A DNA stretch of 64,000 bases. It comes from Xylographa opegraphella. Its lineage: Eukaryota. Below, piece by piece: positions 25,206 through 37,338 of this stretch. Position 1 is the stretch's first letter. Each line of letters opens with the position of its first letter. A model generated the notes under the pieces. The model worked only from the letters and a program-made list of their open reading frames with translations. It searched no databases and was not told the DNA's origin. Position numbers and translations under genes: made by a program. The DNA lies in contig JALDZX010000050.1 in NCBI GenBank assembly GCA_022813865.1, positions 62,001-126,000 of the forward strand, given 5' to 3'.

Positions 25206-26957
25206 CTACCGAGTCTTGTACACACATGGCTTAAGCACCCGGCCCTCGTGCTCCACGCCTCCCGTGCTCTCGCCGCCCCTTGACCTGTCAACGAACTTCT
25301 TCGTGCCCCAGGTTTGACCTCCGGCATCATTTTGAACCGGTACACCCTTCCCTTTCGTAGGCGTCAGGGCCTTGAGAAATCGCATGCGCACGAACATCTT
25401 GTTGCCGAGCTCCGGCTCGGCGGCTAATACAAAGCCGCGGGTTTTCAGGACCTCCACAAACAGGGAAATATCCGTGGATGCTTGCGCAAGTGCTGCTGAA
25501 GGAACTCTATCTTCTTCAGCCATAGCGCGATCTTCAATTCCTGGCTCACTTGGATCAGCATCTGCCTTCTCTCTCTTGTTCTTGGTATTCGACTTCATCC
25601 TGTTGCCGACGCTGTGCTCCACACGCATGGCTTTGGGAGAAACGAATCGGCTTCCAACTTCGCTAATCCAGCATTCACCCTTCCATCGTAATACTCGCCA
25701 TGCTTCCTCGATAAAATCGGTCCAATTGGTCCCCATAAGCGCAAGACAGAATATTGCAATGTCCACACTCGAGTCACCAAGCGGGAGGTTGCCAATATCG
25801 GCCACGGTGATAAGAGGAGAAGCAGCAGCGAGGTCAAATGAATGTACTCGCATATTCAATGACTTCACGAATGCAGGACCTGGTGAAGCATCATGACCCA
25901 CTCCTGACAAAGTTCGTGCTAATTGAGCGTCACCGCAGCCTAAGTCGGCAACAGTACAGAGGCCGGATCTTGGGTTCCGTGGTAGCGGCTCCAGGTCCTT
26001 CGTGTCTACAGGATCCATGATCGCCTGAGGCTGACTCTCGCAGCTCCCTTTGCTTTCTTTCTTTTTCTTTCTGAATTGTGCCTTCTGACTGCCAAGAATA
26101 GCACCCTTACCGCCAACTTTACTTCGATCTGCAAGCCATCGAATAAATCCATCCACTGGATTTTCTGGCCAAGCACTAACCTGCCGTCGAAAGCCTTCAT
26201 GGTATTCTATGAAAAAGGTAGGGTTTTCCTGAAAAAGCTCGTAGGATGAGTTGGACGGCGTACTGTAAAGAGTCTGGTTCAGGTAGCGAAATCGCGAAGA
26301 TACAAGCTTTTCACGCATAGCTTGTTGTAATGCTGTAAGGGACGTGGACGGTACACATAGGATTGGAGGTTTAGGAGCTGGTACAGGAAAGGTTGCTGCG
26401 CGAGAAGCTGATGGATTAACAGTCTTGGTAGACGTAATTGTATCTGCAGGCTTTGACTTTCTCTTCCTGCTCTTGACTACGGCAGGTGAAATGTCCGTTA
26501 CCTTCTCAGCTGCCTGCAGCACAGCGTCCTGCACTCGCGGTATATCCTCCGGAGTGCCTCTCTTCCCTGATCCATCTTGCACTCCTGCGTCATCCGTCGG
26601 CACTTCTGATGACTTGTTCTCCAATTCTCCCTTTCCTCCACCAAGCTCTTTCGCTCTCCGTAGTTTTTTCCTCTTTGAGTTCTCTGCTGTAGTCCCCACG
26701 CCATTACTCTTTGCTGGCTTTCGACCCTCGATATGTTTCTCCCATAAATCAGCGAGGTTCTCGCTTGTCACTGTAGTGCCAATCGCAGTGCCGCCCGGCC
26801 CCCTCTTTCGCTTTTTCGATGGCTTCGCCGGGCTGTGATCGGCATCGTTGGCAAACTGTTTCGCAGGCTTACTGGCTTTGCCGGCTTCGCTGACACTTGT
26901 TTCTTTCTGTGACACGAGTGAGTCGGCAGAGACTGACCAGCCGGGAACCGCAAACAT
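25206..26957 (-). CDS. RRP8: 25S rRNA (adenine-N1) methyltransferase Rrp8
   Basis: N-terminal 'MFAVPGWSV', 'SSRFRYLNQTLY', 'YHEGFRRQVSAWPENPVD', SAM motif 'VADLGCGDA', 'IFCLALMGTNW' and terminal 'LKPCVYKTR'. Confidence 0.93.
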   Translation of the reverse strand: MFAVPGWSVSADSLVSQKETSVSEAGKASKPAKQFANDADHSPAKPSKKRKRGPGGTAIGTTVTSENLADLWEKHIEGRKPAKSNGVGTTAENSKRKKLRRAKELGGGKGELENKSSEVPTDDAGVQDGSGKRGTPEDIPRVQDAVLQAAEKVTDISPAVVKSRKRKSKPADTITSTKTVNPSASRAATFPVPAPKPPILCVPSTSLTALQQAMREKLVSSRFRYLNQTLYSTPSNSSYELFQENPTFFIEYHEGFRRQVSAWPENPVDGFIRWLADRSKVGGKGAILGSQKAQFRKKKKESKGSCESQPQAIMDPVDTKDLEPLPRNPRSGLCTVADLGCGDAQLARTLSGVGHDASPGPAFVKSLNMRVHSFDLAAASPLITVADIGNLPLGDSSVDIAIFCLALMGTNWTDFIEEAWRVLRWKGECWISEVGSRFVSPKAMRVEHSVGNRMKSNTKNKREKADADPSEPGIEDRAMAEEDRVPSAALAQASTDISLFVEVLKTRGFVLAAEPELGNKMFVRMRFLKALTPTKGKGVPVQNDAGGQTWGTKKFVDRSRGGESTGGVEHEGRVLKPCVYKTR

Positions 26958-27526
26958 TGTAAAACGGTTACGGACGGAAATCTTGCGACTGTGTCAAGAA
27001 AATTTGTTTGGTTTCATTCTCTCGGACTTAAGAGAAGGTTTCTCCGGAAGAGTTTAAGCGAACATTTTCGAATTCAACCAGACCCGGACTATCTGATCAA
27101 TTACGAAGTACGTTATGTCAAACACTACAGTCATTCCTACCCGTGCTAATGAATCTACAGACTTACAGTTGGCTGAGAAAGGGTTTTGAGAGATGAACAA
27201 CCTTCTTTCACTATATGTATGAAATTGCGAGCACACAAGCTTGGCTGAACAATTGAAAAGCTCGTCATGAGCGACCTATTCTCAATTGATTTTGTGTGAT
27301 TCACAACAGATGTGAGATAATCACAGTGCCCACAAGGCTGCTCCAGATCCGAATGCATCGATACAAACACTTTCTTTAGTCTAGCGATTTCCCTCTCTTT
27401 GTTCATAGCAAACTATGAATCCATCATTTCTTTTCACACCACAGAAAGTTGTCCCGAACCACTGATCGTTCTTATTTCACTACCACCAACTTTTACACTA
27501 CTAGACTGAAAGCACACCTCACCGCG

Positions 27527-27881
27527 ATGGGTGAAGTCGTGATCCCCAGCTGGAAGCAGTATCTTGCGATCGTGTACGACCCTAGCACAGAGACAGTAAC
27601 GACGGCATACGTCAACCCTGATGGTCAGTCACAAACGCAAACAAGGTTACGCTACCCATTGACGTGTTGCTAACAGTCATTCAGACGCCAAAGGTCTGAG
27701 AAGGTTCAGCACTCCAGGAAGAAGTTCGTGGGTCGAACTCCGCCCACCCGTGGATAGCTCGGAGAATGCGCCGACGTATTTGGAATGCAGACTGAACCTA
27801 TCTAAGCTGGGCTGGGAGATATGGACACGGCGCAAACTAGGACTGATTGACTACATCTGGGTTGGCAAAATTCCTATATAG
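27527..27881 (+). CDS. Putative small orphan protein (~97 aa); 2 exons (27527-27623, 27685-27881)
   Basis: ATG after a C/A-rich leader. Intron gtcagt...gctaac...cag is canonical, and splicing opens a continuous frame ending ...GLIDYIWVGKIPI*. Confidence 0.5.
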
Positions 27882-28754
27882 CAAGAACCAATTATGAGGA
27901 GAAAGGGGAGGCTGCGTAGAGATACAGGGTGGCCATTGTCACATTGCTGTTGGTTGTACCAAGCGATTGCCTCTGCACAGTAATCACCGAAAGAGATTTG
28001 TGCATGATCTTCCTTTACCTTTCCACTCTTTTCACTGCTACACTAGCACCATCTTGTCTTCTCTTCTCCATTTGCCCGTTTCCGCCACCAAGGATTGTGC
28101 CATACAGTGTACAGAATCTGGACATTTGATTCAGCTAGGCTTGGCTGTGACCACCTGGAAATGCATAACTCTGGAATTGCTATGATAGCATAGCTGGTAT
28201 TTCACTGCAAAGCAAGATCCCACTTCCTTCCTCGTCAAATTAACGAAACATGTAGCGCAGTATTAATGGGGTATGCGTAGTCGGTCTCACATACATGCAC
28301 TCATAAGCGTTAGGTATGATGAACCCGATCAGGACATCAATATCATATACGAGCCTTGCTAGCGGTGCGGATTCTTATTCAGTCTGGTACCGAAGTGCTC
28401 TTCTAGATACATGCTGGGCTTATGTTTGCACTAAGATAAATACGAGAATCCCAGCGCATCACTATGTGCTTGTGGGCGCTCAAATATGTATGATGTTGCT
28501 CGCTAAGCGGAGCCCGAGAATGGGAAACGATTACACACTGTAAGTAGATAAGAGCAGTTGGTAAGGCCTCTGCGATTGTCATCACCAGTCCAAGTTAACA
28601 GAACCTCCAAAGGTAGAACCATGCGGCACTATACGAGTAATCTTTCAGCAAAGACATGCTTCGCATCCATAGAGTGATGAGGCAGAACAGAAGTTCAAAT
28701 GTCGATATCAGGCAGTCGAGGCCCTTGATATCTGAGGTGTGTATCGATGCGGCT

Positions 28755-31700
28755 TCATTGCCAATACATCGTATACTTGAGATCATCGTGAACATCTTTG
28801 AGCTCTGCTCCATCTTCTGTGCCACGAACGTGTAGCTTGGCACGCTCAGCTACCTGGTCCTGTAGAAATATTAGAATTAAAGCACTAGAGCTAATATTGG
28901 TAATTCATACAGCATAATAGACGGCCGGATGAATGCTGACACTCCTTGTCGCTCGGCCATAGGCAAAGGTTCCGTGAAATGCAAGGCGATGTATCTCGTC
29001 GGAGCTTAATTCATTCTCGTCTAAGAGTACTGTGTAATGGCATGGTCGGACGGTTCCTTGTAGTGCAGATTGACTAACCAGGAAGAAATCTTTCTTACCA
29101 TTCTCCACCACGGTACCTGGTAGAACGTTCTAAAAGCTAAGTAGAGGCTTCATGACATTGGAAGATCTGACTTACACCAAGTTTGTCACCACGCTCGGAA
29201 TGTGGGAACAAGCGCGTATGGTGGCGTTTAACGCAATTGATGATCGTAATTTTGACTTTCTGTCCAAGTTCGCGGAAAGTGGCTATCATCTTTAGCAACA
29301 TATTACACAACCTTCATTTCTGCTTACCCTTCAAGTCCGTCACTTCTTTTTCCATAAATTCTGGGACTTGAGACTCCGAGATTCCGTCTCGCCAGTAAAT
29401 TACTGCCTCTGGAAGAATGTCATTCCGCCTTTTGTATCGTTTTAGTAACTCGCTCAACATAGGCTTGAAAGTCCCTATCAGCTCAACTGTTGAAACTTGA
29501 GAAGTAGCAACAGCTGAGTACATGGTACACGAGCTATCGTAAGAAGCTACCAAAGCACAATAAGTAGGTGGGGGTGGGGTTCGTCTAAGCTCAGCCGGAG
29601 ATGGATGGCTTGAGTCTCCTGATAGAATTGTCAGCTGACTACAGAGAAGACTGAACAGCATTCTAACATACCTCCCAGCATCATAAACCTCATTTGACGA
29701 AATAGCGGCTCTTCAACTTTGGAATTCATTCCTCCCAGCTTGCAGTTTACCTTAAGCCCTACATTGCCAAGATATTGCATCTGGCCTTTGTCTTTAAGCG
29801 CCTTTTCGACAATCATTACCTGTGATGGTATACCCAGTTCAACCTCACAAACGCTTTTCAATACCTTGTATATCTGGGGGTTTGCCTTGTCATGAAGAAG
29901 GAAGAATAGTATTTCTGGCTTGGCTTTGAAATGACCACCAGTCTTCCGAGCCAGTTCAGTTACTGCATCTTTAAGATCTCCCTGCGGGTTACCTCGGAGG
30001 AAAGCTGGGGGTCCCCTAGGTGTGCCAATACCTAAGATTCCAAGGGAGTTGAGCAAGGACTTGCAAAATCCCTGCAGTGTAATATCATCAGCTTGGCGGG
30101 TTCCACCTGGAAGGTACATAAGACCCCAGCTTTTGAATCTAGCAGCCTTAAGAAACTGTTTCCCTCTAAGGTTCCACTGGCCTCCTGACGCTTCTCCTCG
30201 ACTTATGCCGCTTCCATAGACCAGATCGGGTGCTAGCAGAGCACGTCCCGGGATATGAAGCATAGATGTCGACACCGATAAGCCCATTGAGGATGGAATA
30301 GATAAAGTATGCCACGCAAACCGTTTTACGTTGTCTATTATCTGCTGGGCACGAACAAAGGCAGGACTGGTCGCCCATTTAATAAAATCGGCTGTTTCTT
30401 GCCCTATCTCGTTCAGTAATGTGCAGAAAGGTATGATGAAGAAAGTGTTACCTTGCAACGGTTCCTTATAGCGTTCTCCCTCCGGTGTATAGCACAGTTC
30501 GAGGGGAAACATGCCGTCCCTGGATACCAAAAGGGGAACATTAGGATATTGGAGCTTGATGTCGTATTTTCGTTGAAAGTATGATTCAACTGTAGTAATG
30601 CCAGCTCGGCCAGTAGATCTGTCTAGCTCTTCGAAAGAGGTATCACGGGCGCCGCTGGGACTCAAGCGCTGTACACGCATCTTCTTTGAATTCCTGACCG
30701 AATTTAGGTGGCGAACGACGAAGAACATGCCTATCAATCGTTCGCACCCCGCCCGAAACATAGAGGTTGAACCGATTTCGTCGAGTCCTTGCCGAGGCGA
30801 AATACCAGCCATTGCTTTTGCAACTTTGATCATCTGAAGATTTGGCACATAGAACGCAGAGCAAACCACATCCACGTTCAATGATAGGTGGCCGAACGAA
30901 TAGGCGACTGCCTGAAAAGCTCCACGTAATGCCTCGAGAACACCACCAGTGGACTGCAAAGTCAGACTGAGACTGGGTGCACGTATAAAGAACGCAGTTG
31001 ATTTAGGACGTGTGATGAATCGTGAAGCGGGGTCCTGACGGTAGATAGCGTTCAAAGCTTTAAATGTGTCTTCAATTTCGGGATCGCTAGAATGGACGCC
31101 AGAAGTTTTGCTGGAAGTGATATAATCCACAAACTTTTTGATGTTAAGTGCCCCTGTATTCCGTATTGAGACTTCAATCTGGTTCGGTTTTTCGGCGGTA
31201 TGGCCGTCCAAATCAAGGAAAGCGGTGCGGGACTCCCCTTTCGGCATCAGAAGGTCGGTAGACCAACCTAAAGATAAGTTGTCGAAAACAAAATTGTTGC
31301 CCCATAGCCGTTGTGCTTTGAGTACAGCTTTCGCCTGCTGCATAGCCGAAACCTTGTCGCTTCCACGTCGTTGAGAGCTTGCTGGGACCATCAAACGAAC
31401 TTCGAATTGGTAAACCTTAACGATAGGTAGACTCTGGATGGCGAAGTGGTTTACTGCCACCGTAATTGCGCTTCCGACTGTACCGCAATGGTCACGGGTT
31501 TCGAGCCTCAATACGCCACCGTTCTTCGGAATTGGAACACTGGACGGCAGCTCTGGGAGCCTCTCGGCAGAAGCGCCAGAAGGATGTGTGGAGTCAGTAC
31601 TGTTTCCTCGTTCGTTGGAATGGCTAGCTAATTGTCTATCTCCGCGATTATAGCCTCGGGTACCACCATAAATATCGCGAGATATATCTCTAGCTGGTGA

Positions 31701-31757
31701 ACGCTCACGATAGCGATCGTGATCTGAAGTCCGGCGCGAATCACTATGACCCGACAT
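28755..31757 (-). CDS. Argonaute (N-PAZ-MID-PIWI) RNA silencing protein; 6 exons
   Basis: 'VNHF' N-domain start, PAZ 'TVESYFQRKYDIKLQYPNVP...FPLELC', 'GQWNL', MID 'YKVLK...PSQV...NVGLKVNCKLGGMN', PIWI 'GGDSSHP', 'YWRDGISESQ', 'KRHHTRLFP', 'QGTVRPCHY', 'VSIHPAVYYADQVAERA'. Introns ~30404-30451, 29619-29671, 29283-29327, ~29130-29175 and 28860-28910. Confidence 0.95.
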
Positions 31758-32510
31758 GATGAGTTGTTGTGATCTCTGCTTACGATGATCCAGTTAGTTT
31801 GATATAACTACTGAACTGAGGTTTATGGAATAGAAGAAGATGTCAACAGAAGGGAACAAAGCTATTTCAGATCATGGTGTCGAGAGATTTCTGAGGTTTG
31901 AGATGTGCAGATTGACGCATCTAAAGCCCGTAGATGATGACGGATTTTTGAGATCTGAACGCGATCGGAGGTTGTGATGAAATGGAGAGACTTACTGGCA
32001 GTTGGGGACGATTGTGTGCTACAACATATGCTGATCTCTGAAGAGAAGAAAAGAGCTGTCTAGGTGGTTTCCAATCTATTGCTGATATTCGACGATATCC
32101 TGGGAATATCGTGCAATATGTAGAGCTTGAGGCCGTCAGATTGTTAGCTATGACAGAGCAACATGATGCAGCAACAAGAGAGCTGCTAAATGAGTGAGTT
32201 TGTGATGATAGGCCGTGATAGAAGAGAGCTATCTTTGGAAGAAATCTAGGCAAATATAATATGATAGTCTGCTGGATGATGGGCAAGTCGGTAACACGTA
32301 CCCTAAGGTAGGTATTTTCAGCTACCTAGTAGACACTAAGAATAATTAAAGCCATAATCGAGCTGCTATCCCAAAAATGGACATACGAGAAGCTGAGGTT
32401 GATACGAATAAGATGATGGAGCTTATTTGAGTCTAGTGTGATGAAGTGTTTGTAGGCTTAGTGAGTGGGAAGAGAGTCTGAACAGAAGATGGTCAAAGGA
32501 TGAACATATT

Positions 32511-32616
32511 GCTGCAGAAGAGGATGTAGCTGCAGAAGAGGATGTAGCTGCAGAAGAGGATGTAGCTGCAGAAGAGGATGTAGCTGCAGAAGAGGACGTA
32601 GCTGCAGAAGTGGATG
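32511..32616. repeat. 18-bp tandem repeat (GCTGCAGAAGAGGATGTA), about 6 copies
   Basis: Four identical units, one unit with a T>C change and one partial diverged unit. No spacers. Confidence 0.95.
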
Positions 32617-34540
32617 CTGCAGGAGAACCATATTATGGAGTGGGAACAGATGTTGATGTAGAAGAAGATGTTGGTGTAGTAGAGGATGTTGTTGTACCTA
32701 GGTAGAAGATGATATGAGCTAGGGCTTCAGCGAAACCAACATACGCGCGATTGTCGGAGGTCAATTGTAGTAGAAAACGGTAAGATAGCGTAGGACCAAA
32801 GATAATCCACCATGAAACTCCTTTGTCTTCTTACTGGCTGCACACACGGTGATGTCCAGAGTGATAAAAGACAGTCTGGAAAGTGATTGAGGGAGACTTC
32901 AGCTTCCTACATTGGTGTAGTAGAAGAGCTTTGTTAATCCTTGACGGAAAGCAAGAACTGAATCCAACTATAAGTGTAATCGTTGAGCGATGTCGCCAGA
33001 TTCCATGTTTAAGGTGAAAGAAAAGATAGTAGGATAGGATAGCAGGATGCTGAAGAAGTCAAAACAGTATGCCTCTCGAGGTCGTCTTCAACGAGAGTAA
33101 TTCAACAAATCGACTGCAGAGGAGCAGGAGATACCACAAACTGAAGCGTCGAAGTTCCAGCCCTAGATCGCAACAAACCAAAGCAACAAATATAGGGCAA
33201 GACAGCGTCAGCCCATCGCCACCACCCTTGGATGGCCGATCTTGTATTCTCTAAACACAGAAAGCAGCCGATGGGTACCGGTAATGAAAAAGTCTCAGCG
33301 GTGATGTACAGTGTGAAACTGACCAGTTTGCCGACTGTAGTCAAGCAAACTGAAAGCATCATCAAGCAGGATAACCACAGCCAACCCATACAGGTCTCAT
33401 CACACTCCGCCGATAGTTCATTGCGCGGCTCTCTTTTCGACTACGGTAGAGGGCGCTTGGGTACTTGTAGTTCAAGTAGAGGACGTCCGGCTCGAGTTGG
33501 GTCGTCGTGAACCCGCGTCCTGGTTGGACGTGCTTCCAGAATAGTGGAATTGCTTGTCCCAGGCATGGGTGAGCACCCACATCCATGCTTCTTCCTGGAC
33601 TTAGCCATGGTCAACTATTGATGTACGTCGTTCGCAGCCCATAAATGTATCTTGGTTTTTCTTCTTTCCTGGAGAAATCTGAGTTGAGGTGATGACAACG
33701 AAATGTTCGCGGGTCATATGAAGTTTGAGTCGGGTAAGAAGTAGCTAGTTTTCCATTGTCGAAGCTCCTGTAGGTACTAGGTAGGATCGATGGCCTAGAG
33801 GAGTCGTTAAACAAGAATCGAGCTTCCCTCCTCTTGCCCCAAAGCCGAATTTGAAAGACGTATCGAATTTGGATAAAGATGATAGTAAAGAAGATATTGG
33901 GCGAGAGACAGCAAATACGAGGCCCAGCTTGGTGTGAATTGTTGCTTCATCGTTGAATTGAAGCTAAATAGGTATTATTGGCGAACTTGGGTAACTTACA
34001 GTTATACTCACTAGCCTAGGATAATACAGAAGTTAAAATAAGTCTAAACGGCAATTTTCTGCTTCGTAGACGACCCCCTATTTAGGGACGAGCACTTAGG
34101 CACTGTCTGTTGCAAGGAAACAACTATCAATTGGTGCCTTTGGGAAGAATATGTTGAGTGTATGAATCACGACAATTCGGGGACATCATAATATCATTTG
34201 TGAGGAAGGTTAGATGGCAGCGTGCTTCATGAAGTTTACCATGGTCAATCTAGGGAAATTATGTGTGGCCAAGACTTTCTATATACGTCTGAACAGAACC
34301 TGATATCATATAATGAGCTCAACAGACCACTGTTGAGTCGCTGATATGACTTTGCTTAAATATAGAACGTTAGATCATCTTCTATAGTAAAGACTGCGAA
34401 ATCTTAGCAAGCTTATACCCGGTATACGGAATTTCCGACTCTATTACTTTTAGCCTCGTAGGTAAGGTCTTCAGACGTGGTTGCGCTGCATAGAACAACC
34501 ATCTATTCCGGTCATGCAGAACTCCTTTTGCATTTCTTCC

Positions 34541-35888
34541 CTACGCCTTTTGAACCTTCTCCACGATCTTCACAACCTGCGGGAAGATCTTATCCTTTTC
34601 GGTCAGCCCACAAACCTTCTCGACCACGCTCTTGGCATCATGTGCCTTGAGAATCTTGGCCAGCTCGGCGCTCTCATCGTCTCCCTCAACGTTTTGGAAA
34701 AGGAAGGCCATCTGTTTTGCAGAATATTTAGTTTTTGTATACTCGATGCTGCGTGCGTTCATACCTCTATGCATCCGAGTAGAGCGTCGACACTGTCTCC
34801 TCTCTCAGCCAATTCTGTTGCTGGTCCAAGGAACCGTTCCTTCCTTGACAGCTTTCGTAGTGGGGCTCTTCCTACACGCTCGACCACATCTTCGAGATGA
34901 GGATTGGAGATCCGCTTGATGATTTTGTTCACATAATGCTTCTGCTCCTGGTTCGTGATACCATGCTTCTTGACAATCAAGTGACTAGTCTCAGCAAGCG
35001 CTTCGTGCACAATCTTCTTGATCTCGTGGTCCTCCAAGGCATCGTGGATAAATTTCTTGTGCCTGTTATGTCCGTAGTAGGCAGCTGCTGCGTGCCCGGT
35101 ATTGACCGTGAATAGCTTGCGTTCAATGTATGGTACGAGGCCTTCCACCCACTTGACGCCTTCAATTTCGGGATGCTTGATACCAGTCTTCGTCCATGGA
35201 GTTGACTCGACAACCCACTCGAAGAAGCTTTCGATTTTGACGTTCAAACCGGCATCAGCATCCTGCTGTGGCACGATACGATCAATTGCCGAGTTGGCAT
35301 ATCGGACCTTGGAATCGTGCTCCTCGTGCTTTTCGTGTGGCGTGTTTTTGGGGTCTTTGATGTGTCCAGCGAGGTTATCTGTGGCGCCGATAGCGTTTTC
35401 GCAGGCAATCACCGCCAGAGGCGTGCTCGAAGTGCGCTGGTCAATGCCCTTTGCGATGACAGGAGCGATGAACTTGAGAATATTTGGGCCGACAGCACAA
35501 GTTACCTAGAAAGCATAAGTATATGCTAAAGATTGTGTAGAATTCCTCCCCCGACTTCTAGATTCTAGGGGCATACCAGATCTGCGCTTGCAATCTCTTT
35601 GATCACATCTGCCTCGTGTGTCTTGGAATTGATGGCGCGGTAGTTGGTGATTGTGTTGACTTTCTCCTCCTCGCCGCCGATTTCAGTAACAGTGTACGAT
35701 TTGGTAGATTGGAGTTTCTCGATGATGCTATCCATAACATCTACGAAGACGACCTGTGTGACGAATCAGCTACCATTGGGAATTTTTGTAACTAAGCATC
35801 ATACCTCATAGCCAGTCATATGAAGCTTCTCTGCTACAAACCCTCGCCCTATGTTCCCTCCTCCAAAGTGGATAGCTTTCAATCCCAT
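34541..35888 (-). CDS. mpdA: Mannitol-1-phosphate 5-dehydrogenase; multi-exon
   Basis: N-terminal '[14 protein letters not shown]', '[10 protein letters not shown]', '[10 protein letters not shown]', '[10 protein letters not shown]', '[15 protein letters not shown]' and '[10 protein letters not shown]'. Confidence 0.93.
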
Positions 35889-36332
35889 ACTGGTGGATTC
35901 GCTTCAATGGCTAATTGTCGTATATGGACAGTCAAGAGTGGATTGTACGCAAGATTTGAGGTTTCTGGCAAAGATAGAATGATGTTCGTGGTAGAAAGGA
36001 GACGGAAAAGGAGCATCGAATGTGGCAGCGGTGGTGGGGCTCCGTCGATCTTGTGCGGGGCGTTGGGAAAGCGGTTCCGTCCCGCTAGGAACAGCCATGA
36101 CAACGCACCACAAGCACATCCAAGGTGATACTGGCGGTGTGAAAAGCTCCCAATGTACATGCCATATCATTATGCTAATTGAATATTTATGACACAACTG
36201 ACTGACCGACAATCTCCATACATCGCTTGAGGGGTATCGTACATCACCCCGACCAGCGCCATAATGCTCGAAAACGACGCCAACCAACCATAAAACACCT
36301 CTATGCTCGTGCCGAGAATTTGACACTCACGT

Positions 36333-37338
36333 CTACTTCTCGCCTACCGAAGCATTCTTTTTCCTGCCAATGCAACAATCGATAAGCCACCCTACCACAG
36401 CCACCAGCATTAATATGGTCGCAGCCCATGTCATGCCTAGGAACGTGAAGCCTTGATAGGCTGCAACACCAATGTCACTTCCATAATGATTGATCGCATT
36501 CACTACTTTGACGCTTGTAACGGTTGCGATGGCTGATGCGATTCCCAGTGACAAGAATGCCATCTGAACAGCTTCGTCAGCTTTGACTCTTGCGAGTGGT
36601 GCAGGAGAATAGTTACCAGGTCCAGCATGACGTTCAGAGCGGCACTCAATCGCCCTCCCGCGAGAAATCCAATCAAGGCCCCAATCAAAGCTAAGCCCGC
36701 GAAGCCTACCCCGATACAGTAGAGCACGAACATAACCTTACTGGCCGTCTCTACCGCCACAATAACATCTTGAATCGCGGAGGGCCATTTGAGCTCTGTA
36801 AGATTCATACCTGGCTTGAGCTCAGTCTGCAATATGGTAGTGGGGTTGAAGGTGAAGAAGGCTGTATGATTCGAGCACGAAGTGACGTTCTTGCTCGGCT
36901 GTGAAGTTGCATTCGAGATCGGTGATGGCGTATAATAGCCCTGCAGATGGTGTCAGGAAGGCACCTATAAGAAGGGAACGGGGGAAGCCCTACCTCACAA
37001 TAATCAAGCAAATGTGCACTATAGAAGTCATGGATGTTCAAACTCTTAGCCACATCATTGATGAGGCCGTTGATGTCTTCGTGTATATCGCCTTCGATAG
37101 AGCTGAGCCAGCTAGATCCTCCAGAGGCAGAAGTGGTATTGACAGAGAACTCGCCGAGCATCGACGTATTCAACTGCCTCGTGTTAGATAATGACATTTG
37201 GAAGGGACACCGTCGACATACTGTCATAATACTAGCATTCTCAAGGTACCCTGTCTTCGAGCCAGCGAAGATGCAAAGCAAGGAGAGAATGAAGGCGACG
37301 AAGGCGCAAAGAAGAGGAAAGAGTGCTACAAAGCGCAT
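36333..37338 (-). CDS. SUR7/PalI family (Pun1-like) tetraspan plasma-membrane protein; multi-exon
   Basis: N-terminal TM 'LSLLCIFAG', 'LNTSMLG', 'IHDFYSAHLLDYCEG', followed by three further TM segments including 'FLGMTWAATILM'. Confidence 0.85.

Noticed and set aside
29641..29651. ACAGAGAAGA resembling the U6 snRNA ACAGAGA box
   Set aside because: It lies antisense within an Argonaute intron and the flanking U6 sequence is absent.
32511..32616. CRISPR-like array
   Set aside because: Units are directly adjacent with no unique spacers, the context is eukaryotic and there are no cas genes. It is a minisatellite.
32720..32830. 'WIIFG...DNRAYVGFAEA' resembling an aspartic-protease C-terminus
   Set aside because: I found no DTG/DSG catalytic motif upstream. 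The similarity is too short to support a call.
33362..33586. 'PSALYRSRKESR' resembling the region next to fungal 2EXR domains
   Set aside because: The diagnostic 'F..LP.ELR..IW' start is not visible, so a single short motif is insufficient.
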